Of a DNA stretch of 64,000 bases, positions 1-9,550 are shown piece after piece (positions within the stretch are counted from its first letter, which is position 1; the number at the start of each line of letters is the position of its first letter). Source of the DNA: an uncultured delta proteobacterium. GTDB taxonomy: Bacteria > Myxococcota_A > Polyangia > Polyangiales > Polyangiaceae. The DNA lies in assembly GCA_963850305.1 (NCBI GenBank), contig CAWKKR010000011.1, positions 256,001 to 320,000 of the forward strand, in the 5' to 3' direction. The notes under the pieces were generated by a model that worked only from the letters and a program-made list of their open reading frames with translations, had not been told where the DNA came from and ran no database searches. Made by a program: the position numbers and the translations under genes.

Positions 1-318
1 TGCTGCTTCGACGGCACCTCCCCGCACTGCTTCTCCGGCGATCTCGGCGGCAAGTGCTCTTGCAGCGGACTCTTCTGCTCGACCACCGTCGTCGACTGCG
101 ACGGACCCGAAGATTGCCCGAGCGGACAACTATGTTGCGGCAACATGGGTCTCACCGACTCCGTCTTCACCCGCCTCTCCTGCGCGAAGAACTGCTCGAG
201 CGGCATCACGAACACGGAGACCGAGATCTGCCACCCGGACGGCCCCCCCTGCACGAACGGCAACACGTGCAGCCCCGACGCCGCGCTGCCCACCGGGTAC
301 ACGGACTGCGGATATTAG
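1..318 (+). CDS. Cys-rich exported protein, C-terminal part (starts before window)
   Basis: Frame 1 is open from base 1: CCFDGTSPHC...CDGPEDCPSGQLCCG...YTDCGY, TAG at 316-318. Not in the ORF track. Confidence 0.75.
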   Translation, partial: CCFDGTSPHCFSGDLGGKCSCSGLFCSTTVVDCDGPEDCPSGQLCCGNMGLTDSVFTRLSCAKNCSSGITNTETEICHPDGPPCTNGNTCSPDAALPTGYTDCGY

Positions 319-351
319 TTCCGCATCGACGCGCGCGTCGATGCGGAACTA
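316..351. terminator. Perfect 36-bp palindrome between convergent genes, possible bidirectional terminator
   Basis: TAGTTCCGCATCGACGCG|CGCGTCGATGCGGAACTA; no U-tract on either side. Confidence 0.55.
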
Positions 352-1215
352 CTTACTTCGCAGCGCTTCCAGGATCTCGACCGTCGCGTGGGAGCGATTC
401 AGCGTGTAGAAGTGAATGCCGGGCGCGCCGCGGGCGACGAGGTCGCGGCACTGCGCGATGGCGTGGGCAATGCCCACGGCCCGGACGGCTTCGGGGTCGG
501 TTTTGACGGCTTCGAGCTCGTCGAGCAGCGCGGCGGGGATCTTCGCGCCGCAGAGGCTCGTGATGCGGCGGATCTGTGAGAGGTTCGTGATGGGCCAGAT
601 GCCGGCAATGATGCGCTGGCGTATCCCGGCCGCCCGCGCGCGCTCGACGAACGAGAAGTAATTCGCGTTGTCGAAGAAGAGCTGCGTCACGAGGAAGTCG
701 ACGCCCGCGTCCACCTTGGTCTTCAGGTGCCGAAGATCGGTCTCGGCGTCGGGAGCCTCCGGGTGTTTCTCGGGATAACACGCGCCCGCGAGGCACAGGT
801 CGTGGCGCGAGCGGATGAACGCGACGAGCTCCGATGCGGCACCGAAACCGCCGGGCGTCTTCACGAACCTCGTCTCACCCTTCGGGGGATCGCCGCGGAG
901 CGGGAGCACGTTCTCGATGCCGGATTCGCGGAACTGCTCGAGCACGTCGGTGATGTCGGTCTGGGTCGCGCCGACGCACGTCAGGTGCGCCATCGCGTCG
1001 ATGCCGGTCTCACGCGTGATGCGCCCGACGAGCTCGACCGTGAGCCGCCGCGTACTGCCCCCCGCGCCCCAGGTGACCGAGACGTACGTCGGTTCGTACG
1101 GGCGCAGATCGCGAACGGTCTGGAAGAGCTGCTCGACGCCGGCTTCGTCCCTCGGCGGAAAGAACTCGAACGAATAAGCGGGGTTCTCTTGCTCTAGCTT
1201 GTCGATGATCTTCAC
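349..1215 (-). CDS. metF: 5,10-methylenetetrahydrofolate reductase
   Basis: SFEFFPP, VSVTWGAGG, AHLTC, LRGDPP, YPEKH, TQLFFD, HFYTLN motifs. Confidence 0.95.
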   Translation of the reverse strand: MKIIDKLEQENPAYSFEFFPPRDEAGVEQLFQTVRDLRPYEPTYVSVTWGAGGSTRRLTVELVGRITRETGIDAMAHLTCVGATQTDITDVLEQFRESGIENVLPLRGDPPKGETRFVKTPGGFGAASELVAFIRSRHDLCLAGACYPEKHPEAPDAETDLRHLKTKVDAGVDFLVTQLFFDNANYFSFVERARAAGIRQRIIAGIWPITNLSQIRRITSLCGAKIPAALLDELEAVKTDPEAVRAVGIAHAIAQCRDLVARGAPGIHFYTLNRSHATVEILEALRSK

Positions 1216-1276
1216 GGGCGGGGGTGCGGGAGCCTACCCTGAAATGTCCGCCCGATGCTAAGGACTGGCGCGAGAG

Positions 1277-2735
1277 ATGCGCATCCACGTCGTGGCGGTT
1301 TCGGGCACGGGCATGGGCTCCCTCGCCGGCCTGTTGCGTGAGCTCGGGCATGAAGTGACGGGGAGCGACGTCGCATTCGATGCGCCCATGGGGCCCTTGC
1401 TCGAAGAGTGGGGAGTGGTTTGTTGGCGCGGATTTCGATCCGGCGCACCTCGACCCGCGGCCGGACCTCGTCGTCATCGGGAACGTGTGCCGGAAGGACA
1501 ATCCGGAAGCGCGCGCGGCCATCGATGGAGGACTGCCGTACACGCACATCGCGGGCGCGCTCGCGGAGTTCGTGCTCGGGGGCACGCGGCCGCTCGTCGT
1601 CGCGGGCACGCACGGCAAGACGACCACGACGTCGCTCTGCGCCTGGCTCCTCGAAGCCGCGGGGCGCGAGCCGGGTTTCCTCGTCGGCGGCGTGCCGGTG
1701 AACTTCACGCGTAGCTTTCGCGCGCCGCGGAAGAAGCGGTTGCCCGTCGCGGGCGGCGTGTCAGTGGACGCACGCGCGCCGTTCGTCATCGAGGGGGACG
1801 AGTACGACACCTCCTTCTTCGAAAAGACGGCGAAGTTTCTCCACTACCGCGCGGAGGTCGCGATCATCACGTCGATAGAGCACGACCACGTGGACATCTA
1901 TCCGACGATGGACGCTTACCGCGACGCGTTCCGGAAATTCGTCGCGACCGTGCCGGAGAGCGGGCTCGTCGTCGCGAACGCCGCCGACCCGGTCGTCGTG
2001 GAGGTCGTCCGGGAAGCCGCGCGCGCGGACGTCGCGTGGTATGCGCTCGAGGGCGAGCCGCTCCACGGGGTGGCGCCACGCTGGCTCGGCGCGCCCGCGG
2101 GCACGGACGCGCGCGGCACGGCGTTCGACCTGTACGCGGGCGGCGTCGCGTGCGGACGCCACGTCGTGCCGCTCGGCGGCAGGCACAACGTCGCGAACGC
2201 CGTCGCCGCCATCGGCGCCGTGGTCGAAGGATACGGGCCGCGCCTGCACGAGGTCGCGCGGCCGCTCGCGCAGTTCCGCGGCGTGAAGCGGCGCCAGGAG
2301 GTCATCGGCGAGCCGCGCGGCATCGTCGTCATCGACGACTTCGCGCATCACCCGACGGCCGTGCGAGAGACCCTCGCCGCTCTCCGCGCGCGCTTTCCGA
2401 CAGGGCGGCTCTTCGCGGCGTTCGAGCCGCGGAGCGCCACCGCGTGCCGCGCCATGCACCAGGCCGATTACGCCCTGAGCTTCGACGCCGCCGACGAGGT
2501 GCTGCTCGCACCGCTCGGACGCACCGGGCTCGCGGACGGAGAGCGGCTCGACCTCGAGCGCCTCGCCGCGGACCTGCGCGCGAAGGGCAAGCGCTCCGCG
2601 AGGTTCGACGGCACGGCGTCCATCGTCGCGGAGTTGGTCGAGCGGGCACGCCGGGGGGACGTCATCGCGCTCCTGTCGAACGGCGCTTTCGGGGGTATCC
2701 ACGGAAAGCTCCTCGCGGCACTCGACCCACGCTGA
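1277..2735 (+). CDS. mpl: Murein peptide ligase (Mpl/MurC family), one frameshift near 1433
   Basis: N-terminal GTGMGSLA in ORF 1277; GTHGKTTT, EGDEYD, DDFAHHPTAV, FEPRS, SNGAFGG in ORF 1380. Confidence 0.85.
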
Positions 2736-2791
2736 GCCCGAAATGCGCAGACGCGCCGACGCGCCGCTCGTGGAACAAAGGGCGCTCCTTC
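2730..2791 (+). repeat. 62-bp direct repeat, copy 1 (contains the mpl stop codon)
   Basis: CGCTGAGCCCGAAATGCGC...GGCGCTCCTTC; 56/62 identical to 4630-4691. Confidence 0.9.
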
Positions 2792-2848
2792 GAGGAGCGT
2801 CGAACGCTCCGTGGCCTGGGTCTTCCGGTCGCGCTAAGCTCCTGCCCC

Positions 2849-3187
2849 ATGCAGGCCCTCGAAGCCATGCTGCCTCCTCTGAAGGAAGACGCTGACGGAG
2901 TGCTTCGCGTCGCGGGCACTCGCATCTCGTTGGACTCCATCGTGGCGGCCTTCGACATGGGCGCGACGGCCGAAGAGATCGTCGACCGATACCCGTCAGT
3001 CGGTCTCGCAAGCGTCTACGAGATCATCGGCTACGTATTGCGCCACCGGGGGGCAGTCGACGGGTACCTGGCCGATCGCGAGCGTCAGGTCGCGGAGGTC
3101 AGGACCCACCTCGAGACGCGCTTCCCCCCCGACGGGATCCGCGCTCGCCTGATCGCTCGCCAGGGCGGTCCCAGCGCTGCACGATGA
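2849..3187 (+). CDS. DUF433-family antitoxin-like protein
   Basis: RVAGTRISLDSIV...GATAEEIVDRYPSV...VYEIIGY pattern; ATG at 2849. Confidence 0.8.
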   Translation: MQALEAMLPPLKEDADGVLRVAGTRISLDSIVAAFDMGATAEEIVDRYPSVGLASVYEIIGYVLRHRGAVDGYLADRERQVAEVRTHLETRFPPDGIRARLIARQGGPSAAR

Positions 3188-3309
3188 TCCGCCTCGCCGC
3201 GGACGAAGATCTCGACAACGACATCCTGCGAGCCCTGCGCCGACGCCTGCCCACCCCGCTCGCCGAGCGGGCACGTCTGAGCACGAATCGAGCGCTGCAT
3301 CGGCCTTAG
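3184..3309 (+). pseudogene. Truncated DUF5615/PIN-like toxin
   Basis: ATGA overlap with DUF433; MIRLAADEDLDNDILRALRRRLP, then unrelated sequence and a stop after 41 codons. Confidence 0.7.
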
Positions 3310-3328
3310 CTTAAGCTAGGCAGCAGCC

Positions 3329-4444
3329 TCATTCGTCAAATGAACCGCCCTCCTCTCGGGTCCGCTTCACGTCTGCGAACGCTTCCCGAAACAGACCGCC
3401 AAGGTCCGCGATCTCCGCGACCGAGTCGAGCGGCACGAGCGACCATAGGCCACTCGTACCCAAATGGCGTCCCGGCGCCAGTTCGGTTGCTTTCTCAGGC
3501 GGTAGGTGCACCCACACGATCGGGTGCTTCCGATCGAGCTGGAGCCTCGCGAACGCCCACGTGCGTTTCTCGGCAATGTGGATCTTGAAGTATGCGACCG
3601 AGGGTTCGTATGCCGCCGGACGGTCCGGTCCGAGCAACCTCTTGATCGTCGCGAAGGCGTTCAGCTCGTCGGTCGACGCTTCGACTTTCCCACCCCCTGC
3701 AGCGTCGGGTTTCGACTCGCGACCAACCGGCGTCGGAGTCGTCAAGGCGGCTGTCAGCATCCGCTGCCGCGCCCACTCGTTGATCGCGCTCGCCACGATG
3801 CTCTTCCAGCTCTCGATGACCGCTTGCGTGAGATTTCTTGTCTCGATGTTGGCGATCGCGAGCTTGGTAAACTCGGTCGACGGCTCAAGGAGGCGCGTCA
3901 GCTCCCCGAGGAGCAAATTCTTCTCGCGTTGCCGCTGTGCGTAGGCGCGAACTAGCTCAGGGTTGAGCTTTGCCTTCAGCAGGATGGTGATTACGTCAAA
4001 AGGTGCCGGGTCCTCGGAGAAGACGTCCCACTTGGCGAAAGGCTCCTTGTCCATGACGTTCGGGTTGACGACGTCAGTGAAGAAGCGCCACTGGGCGCCG
4101 TTAGTCAGGATGCCTAACTTCACATTCGGATCCTTGGCGAAGTAGTCAGCGAGCTGTTCATCGAAGCCCCCGAGCTTCCTTCCTACCTCCTTGGCCTCAA
4201 CGAAAAAGGCGAACGTCCCGTTGTGCAGGAATGCCCAGTCGATTGGCTTCGAGGAGCGCTCCTTCCCGAAATCCACCTTGTATTCGGGAATGCATTCCCG
4301 CGGATCGGTGAGGTCGTAGCCGAGCATCGTGAAAAAGGGACCAATGAGGCTTTGCTTGGTGGCCTGCTCGTTGCCCTTGACGTGCTCGGCAAGCTCCTTC
4401 ACACGCTTGATGTACCCCGCGATCTGATCTGACAAGTCCGACAT
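3329..4444 (-). CDS. Stand-alone restriction endonuclease-like protein (HsdR N-terminal PD-(D/E)xK domain)
   Basis: NEQATKQSLIGPFF, PEY, PIDWA...FVEAK, QLADY, GILTNG.QWRFF; more A/T-rich than flanking genes. Confidence 0.8.
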   Translation of the reverse strand: MSDLSDQIAGYIKRVKELAEHVKGNEQATKQSLIGPFFTMLGYDLTDPRECIPEYKVDFGKERSSKPIDWAFLHNGTFAFFVEAKEVGRKLGGFDEQLADYFAKDPNVKLGILTNGAQWRFFTDVVNPNVMDKEPFAKWDVFSEDPAPFDVITILLKAKLNPELVRAYAQRQREKNLLLGELTRLLEPSTEFTKLAIANIETRNLTQAVIESWKSIVASAINEWARQRMLTAALTTPTPVGRESKPDAAGGGKVEASTDELNAFATIKRLLGPDRPAAYEPSVAYFKIHIAEKRTWAFARLQLDRKHPIVWVHLPPEKATELAPGRHLGTSGLWSLVPLDSVAEIADLGGLFREAFADVKRTREEGGSFDE

Positions 4445-4629
4445 CCGAGCTACGGTAACATGTCGCTTGGGGCAGCGGACTGCTCGTTTCACCGCAGGAT
4501 TTCCGTCCGTCGTGGAGACCAAGCGGGCGAGACGAAAGGGCGGTCGACGCGCCGCGCGTACGCTTCTGCGCTCACCCTGCGTCGGGACGAACGAGAAGCG
4601 CGCCACGGTCATGACCGGCCCCAGCTATG

Positions 4630-4691
4630 CGCTGAGCCCGAAATGCGCGGACGCCCCGACGCGCCGCTCGTGTGATAAAAGGCGCTCCTTC
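4630..4691 (+). repeat. 62-bp direct repeat, copy 2 (upstream region of ychJ-like gene)
   Basis: Exactly 1900 bp after copy 1; followed by GGAGGA and GTG at 4706. Confidence 0.9.
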
Positions 4692-4705
4692 TCGGAGGAT
4701 TACTC

Positions 4706-5197
4706 GTGGCCTGTATCTGCGGACTCGGTGAATCGACGGAAACCTGCTGTCTCCCCATCATCAAAGGGGAGCGCCCCGCGGCGACGGCCGAGGCCGTCAT
4801 GCGCGCCCGCTTCACGGCGTACGCACTCGGCGAGATCGATTACATCCTGGATTCCCTGCACCCCGAGCACCGGGGGGACGTCGACCGCGCCGCAACGGAG
4901 ACGTGGTCGAAGAACGCCACGTGGAAGAACCTCGAGATCCTCTCGACGGAAGCCGGCGGCGAGAGCGACGCGGAGGGCAAGGTCGAGTTCAAGGCGCACT
5001 TCGAGATCAACCGAGCACCCCACCTTCACCACGAGCACGCCAGGTTCGCGCGACACGACGGTCGCTGGTACTACGTGGACGGCGACGTCGAAGGCGCGAA
5101 ACCCATCGTCCGCGAAGGGCCGCGGATCGGCCGCAACGACCCGTGTCACTGCGGGAGCGGCAAGAAGTACAAGAAGTGCTGCGGCAAGGCGGCGTGA
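4706..5197 (+). CDS. ychJ: YchJ family / SEC-C motif protein
   Basis: [50 protein letters not shown]. Confidence 0.88.
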   Translation: MACICGLGESTETCCLPIIKGERPAATAEAVMRARFTAYALGEIDYILDSLHPEHRGDVDRAATETWSKNATWKNLEILSTEAGGESDAEGKVEFKAHFEINRAPHLHHEHARFARHDGRWYYVDGDVEGAKPIVREGPRIGRNDPCHCGSGKKYKKCCGKAA

Positions 5198-5263
5198 GGG
5201 GGTGAGCGGCCGCTCACGCGAGGTGAACCGCCGCCCGCGTGCAACGTCGAGTCCCGCGGCGCT

Positions 5264-6113
5264 TCACGGCTCCGCGCGAGCGCACCGGGGGCTGTCGAGG
5301 ACGACCGTGACGCCGTGGTTCGTCGGGACGAGCTGATTCCAGAGCTGCGTCGTGGCGGCCGTGCCGGTGAAGACGTCGACGTGCTCGCCCTTGACGCGGA
5401 GGCCGCGATCTTGCGCGATGAAGCAACCGTCGTGGAACGCGGAGCGGGCGCGATCGACGGGTAGACCGTCGAACTCCGGGAATGTAAATGGGCGTGCCCA
5501 TGGGCACGAGGGAGTCATCCACGGCCACGGTGAGGAGCGGCGTGATGGGCAAGCCAAGTGCGCCGCGCCCCCAAGGGAACTTCGTGGCGTCGAGGGCCTC
5601 GAAGCAGATCTTCTCGCCGGTCTTCGGACACACCTCGGCGCAATCGCAGCCACGCTTGGCGAAGCTGATGGTCTGGCCCGTCGTCAGAATGCCGCTGCCC
5701 TGCACGCACACGGCCTCGTAGAAGCCGCGAGGAACGTCGGTGATGCTGCCGCACCTGACGTCGTGCAGCGTGACCGGGTTCCCGTCGAAGTCGGACTCCA
5801 GGGGGAAGTCGTAATAGGTGTTGCGGAACGTGCCGAGGACCCTGCCGACGACCGGTTCGTGCGGATTCGGCGCGGTGGACGAGAGAACCGGCTCTTCTTC
5901 CTGTTCGCTGCCGAGCACGCGTGTCTCGAACCGCGCGGGGTCGGGGGGCGCGGACTGCTCGACCGCACGCTTCTCGTTGGGTCGAGGCGTCTCCACGGTG
6001 TCGTCGTCCGCCGTGTTCCCTTGCTCGAACCACGTCGAGCCAGCGGTGGCGCATGCTGACAAAGTCGCAGCGGCCAACCCCAAGATCGCCCCCTGCGTCC
6101 GCCCGAGCTTCAT
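5264..6113 (-). CDS. 3D-domain (MltA-like) lipoprotein, frameshift near 5480
   Basis: Lipobox LSAC; FRNTYY, TVAVDD..PMGT, then in the other frame FIAQDRG..VKGEHVDVFTG. Confidence 0.75.
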
Positions 6114-6529
6114 CGCGCGCGGTCCCTCAGCGAGAGCCTGGGAATGGACGGGTCGCAGAGGTCGCCCGCGTCGCGCGTGATGTGCGGCTTGAGTTGTTCG
6201 GTGTGGCGCACCCAGTGCTCGCGCACGCGAGGGGGCACCTGGAACTCGTCGAGGGTGTCCTTCAGGATCTGGAGACGCCGGTTGAACTGCCCGCCCATGA
6301 TGGGGTGAGCGGCATGCACTTCGCGGAGCGGGCGTCCCGTGTACTCGACGTCGGCGCCGAGGTGACGCGCCGCGAACTCGTACTCCTTCGCCTTCACGCG
6401 CTCGCGGCTCGCATTCCGGAAGAAGAAGCCGATCATGGCATCGTCGAAGATGCGATCGACGAACCGGTCCACGATGCGCCGGAGCGCGGGCTCACCGCCG
6501 AGCTCGTCGAAGAAGGTCGGAGCGTTCAT
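6110..6529 (-). CDS. Group 1 truncated hemoglobin
   Basis: FDELGGEPAL, IGFFF, YTGRPLREVH. Confidence 0.85.
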   Translation of the reverse strand: MNAPTFFDELGGEPALRRIVDRFVDRIFDDAMIGFFFRNASRERVKAKEYEFAARHLGADVEYTGRPLREVHAAHPIMGGQFNRRLQILKDTLDEFQVPPRVREHWVRHTEQLKPHITRDAGDLCDPSIPRLSLRDRAR

Positions 6530-6584
6530 CCACTCCCGAAGCTAGCAGAAACGTCGCCGAGAGCGACGCCCCAGAGCTTCCGGA

Positions 6585-7748
6585 CTACGTCCGCGGGGCG
6601 TTCCCGTGCGACGCGACGCCGAGCTCGTTCAGGAAGCGGCCGATGCTGCGGAAGCGGTCCGACCTGCCGAACTGCACGAGGTGCCCGCCGTGCATCGTCT
6701 CCAGCCGGCATCCGAAATGCTGCGCCAGCTTGCGCGCGTTCTCGATGGGTGTGATGCGGTCGGCTTCCGCGCCGATGACGAGGACGGTACTCGACGGAAT
6801 CGCGAGCTTCCGGTGGAGCGGGCTGGTCATCTTGTGCACCGCCTCGAGCGCCTTGTGCTGCGCCACGTCTTCTTCCGGCGTGTCGCCGAGATGGCCGTTG
6901 AGACGCGCCGCGTCCGCGATGGACGCGAGCGGGATGATCGGGATCGCGAACGAGAGCTTCGATTCGACCGTCGCGGCGAGGGCCGTCGTGAATCCGCCGA
7001 GGCTCATGCCCATGACGCCGATCTTCTCGTGCCCGCGCGCCGAGGCCCAGCCGACGAAGTCCTGGAAATCTGCCATCGCCTGGCGAAACCCCTCGTTCGT
7101 GATGCGAGGCTCGGCTCCGGGAAAGGGCGGGAGCTCGCCAAAACGGCGGCGCATCCGCGGCCCATGGAAGGGCAGCACGAAGAGCGCGACGTCCATGCCG
7201 AGGCGTTCCAGGAACGGCAAGGGCCAGATGCGCTGCTCCATCCGGTGCACGCCGCCGAGGTAGCCGTGGATGAGAACCGCCATGGGCCGAGGCTCGGCAT
7301 GGAGGACGAGGCGCGCGGTGGCCGTTCGATTTTCCTCCGAGCGATCGTATTGCTCCTGAACTTCCGGCAGGAAGGTCCGGTAGTCACTCGCCCAGCTGAC
7401 GTCCACGATGCGCGCGCCGTCGGGCCGGATCAGCTGCACTTCTTCCTTCGGAACGATGAACCTGGGCTCCCGGAAGAAATGCTCATAGGCACCGAGCCGC
7501 TGATAGCGGTCCTTCAGCCGGTGCATGAGGGCGATACGCACCTCATGGCGGAGCGTCTTGGCGTGGCGCTGGCCCCCCGTGCGCGCGAGCGCCGTGCGAC
7601 GCACGGCCAGGTCGACCGCAGCCGCGGCCGCGCCGCAGAGGCGCTGAGTAGCTCGCTGCATCGTTCGGCTGGAGCCTAGTGCAGAACCGGCGTTCGGCCA
7701 GGGGAAAAAGTGTGAACGACCGCTGGTTACGGTGACATCGACGCACAT
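6585..7748 (-). CDS. Alpha/beta hydrolase (start 7748 or 7661)
   Basis: IHGY, LPFHG, GMSLGG nucleophile elbow, AEADRI, GGH. Confidence 0.8.
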   Translation of the reverse strand: MCVDVTVTSGRSHFFPWPNAGSALGSSRTMQRATQRLCGAAAAAVDLAVRRTALARTGGQRHAKTLRHEVRIALMHRLKDRYQRLGAYEHFFREPRFIVPKEEVQLIRPDGARIVDVSWASDYRTFLPEVQEQYDRSEENRTATARLVLHAEPRPMAVLIHGYLGGVHRMEQRIWPLPFLERLGMDVALFVLPFHGPRMRRRFGELPPFPGAEPRITNEGFRQAMADFQDFVGWASARGHEKIGVMGMSLGGFTTALAATVESKLSFAIPIIPLASIADAARLNGHLGDTPEEDVAQHKALEAVHKMTSPLHRKLAIPSSTVLVIGAEADRITPIENARKLAQHFGCRLETMHGGHLVQFGRSDRFRSIGRFLNELGVASHGNAPRT

Positions 7749-7770
7749 GGGTCGCTCTCTCCGCCGCGTC

Positions 7771-9357
7771 TCACGGACGCTCGTCACGCCTCTCGAGCAC
7801 CCAGGCTCGCCCCTCGGCCTCGCTGGCGACGGTGAAATGCGGCGCATCCACGACGGCGTCGAGCGCGAAGTAGCGCGGCAGCTCCGGATCGTCCGCGAGC
7901 TTGCGGAGAACGGCGGGATGGATGACCGCGAAGCGCGCGCCGTAGAGCGCCGCGAGCTGGGCGAGCCCGCGCGGATAGTGTGTAACGGCGATCGCCGCAT
8001 CGCGACCGAAGAGGAGCTCATGGTCGTTCAAGCCGAGCAGATCGATGGTCGTTCGATCGCCGAAGTACCGGATCGCGCCGGCATCGTCCGAGAGAACTAC
8101 GGCATTCACGGGCGTGTGCGCTGCGAGCCATTTTCCGAGGCGCACCTGGAGGTCGTCGATGTTGCGACAGTTCCACGAATAGCGCGCCGCGAAGACCGCG
8201 TGATCGGCCGGGTACGCGAGGCAGCAGCCGAGCCCACAGACGAGCGCCGCAGTGCGACCCGCGACCCGGAAGAACGCGGCCGACAGCATCCGGGATCGGC
8301 TGCCGGCCTGCAGGACGACGTCTTCGACCGCGACGATGCCGGATGCGAGCGGCAAGAATGCGAGCGGTAGCGCCGGCACGAGGTAGCGCAGGAAATAGAA
8401 GAACCGCGCCGCGTCGGCGGGCACGTGACGGGTCGCGGCGACGCCGGCAACGAAGACCCAGGGCGCGAGCACCGCCGGAAGACTCCGCGGACCGCGCGAG
8501 CGCACCACCACGGCGGCGCCCGCCACCACGAGCAGCGTCGCGAGCCCGAGCGCACGCGTGGGCGCGTCGAACCAGAGGGCAATCACCGCGCGACCGAAAT
8601 TGCCGAGCGCGTCGCGAGCGTCGTGCTTCGCATAGAAGGTGTTCGGCAAAGGGTGCCGCGTGACGAAAAAGCAATATGCGCCCCACAGCCCGAGCGCCAC
8701 GACCGCGGGCACGGTCGCTCGAACCATCGCTCGGCTGCGTTCGCGAGAAATGGGCACTGCGGCGGCCGCCAGTGGTAGGAGCACGGCGGCTTCGGGACGC
8801 GCCAGACACGCGAGCGCAAGCCACCATCCCGACGCGCGAAAGTGACCGCGTAGCCACTCGGCAGCGGTCGCGAGCAGCAGAGCGCCGGCGAGGCTCGTCT
8901 CCATTCCGGAGACTTGCGAGAACGCGACGAACGGGTGCGCCGCCAGGAGCAGTCCTGCGACGAGACTCGGCCAGTACCGCGAGGACAGGAACAGCGACGT
9001 CTCGAAGAGCAGCCCGCTCGCGCACGCGGCAAGTGCGACGCCGAACGCCTTGACGACGAGCACGACGGGCAGTGCCGTGACGCGCGCCACGAGGTGAGCG
9101 ACCGCCACGCACGCCATCCAGAGCGGGCTCGTGAACCCTGCCTCGAGCGTGCCGGCGTTGTAGAACGGGGCCCCGTGCTCGGCGAGCGCGCGCCCGTAGA
9201 CCATGTGGATCCAGGCGTCGTCGAGCGGGAAACCGGAATGCGCCGCGGCGGTCCCGCACGCTCTTCCGCCGCAATAGGCCGCCGCGAGCGCGACGTGGAC
9301 CGCGGCGAGCAGACCCCAGGCTAAAGCTCGGTCCCGGGGGCGCCGGTGGTCTTCCAT
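7771..9357 (-). CDS. Polytopic membrane protein, putative GT-C glycosyltransferase
   Basis: GFPLDDAWIH, GFTSPLW, SGMETSL, ARPE, PNTFYAK, DAGAIRYF..IDLLGL; many TM segments. Confidence 0.7.
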   Translation of the reverse strand: MEDHRRPRDRALAWGLLAAVHVALAAAYCGGRACGTAAAHSGFPLDDAWIHMVYGRALAEHGAPFYNAGTLEAGFTSPLWMACVAVAHLVARVTALPVVLVVKAFGVALAACASGLLFETSLFLSSRYWPSLVAGLLLAAHPFVAFSQVSGMETSLAGALLLATAAEWLRGHFRASGWWLALACLARPEAAVLLPLAAAAVPISRERSRAMVRATVPAVVALGLWGAYCFFVTRHPLPNTFYAKHDARDALGNFGRAVIALWFDAPTRALGLATLLVVAGAAVVVRSRGPRSLPAVLAPWVFVAGVAATRHVPADAARFFYFLRYLVPALPLAFLPLASGIVAVEDVVLQAGSRSRMLSAAFFRVAGRTAALVCGLGCCLAYPADHAVFAARYSWNCRNIDDLQVRLGKWLAAHTPVNAVVLSDDAGAIRYFGDRTTIDLLGLNDHELLFGRDAAIAVTHYPRGLAQLAALYGARFAVIHPAVLRKLADDPELPRYFALDAVVDAPHFTVASEAEGRAWVLERRDERP

Positions 9358-9550
9358 GGGCTGAATCTCGGGCGTCGCCGCGATGCCGGAGATTGGCGAG
9401 AAATGCGCACGGCCCGCGCATCTGCGCAAGCGCAGGCCGCCGGCGCTGCACCCTGGCCCGTCGTCCGATTCGGCCGCAGCGGACTCAAGGCACTCGCTCG
9501 CGCTCCCGGCGCGCGGTATCGGTGATCCGGGTGGAAGAGGAAGCCACACA

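Noticed and set aside
1216..1276. SAM riboswitch upstream of metF
   Set aside because: Only about 60 bp of divergent intergenic space and no recognisable aptamer; likewise none seen before purM or thiO.
3300..3330. Integron attC site after the nuclease gene
   Set aside because: The minus strand reads GCCTAGC rather than RYYYAAC, there is no matching GTTRRRY arm, and no integrase is present.
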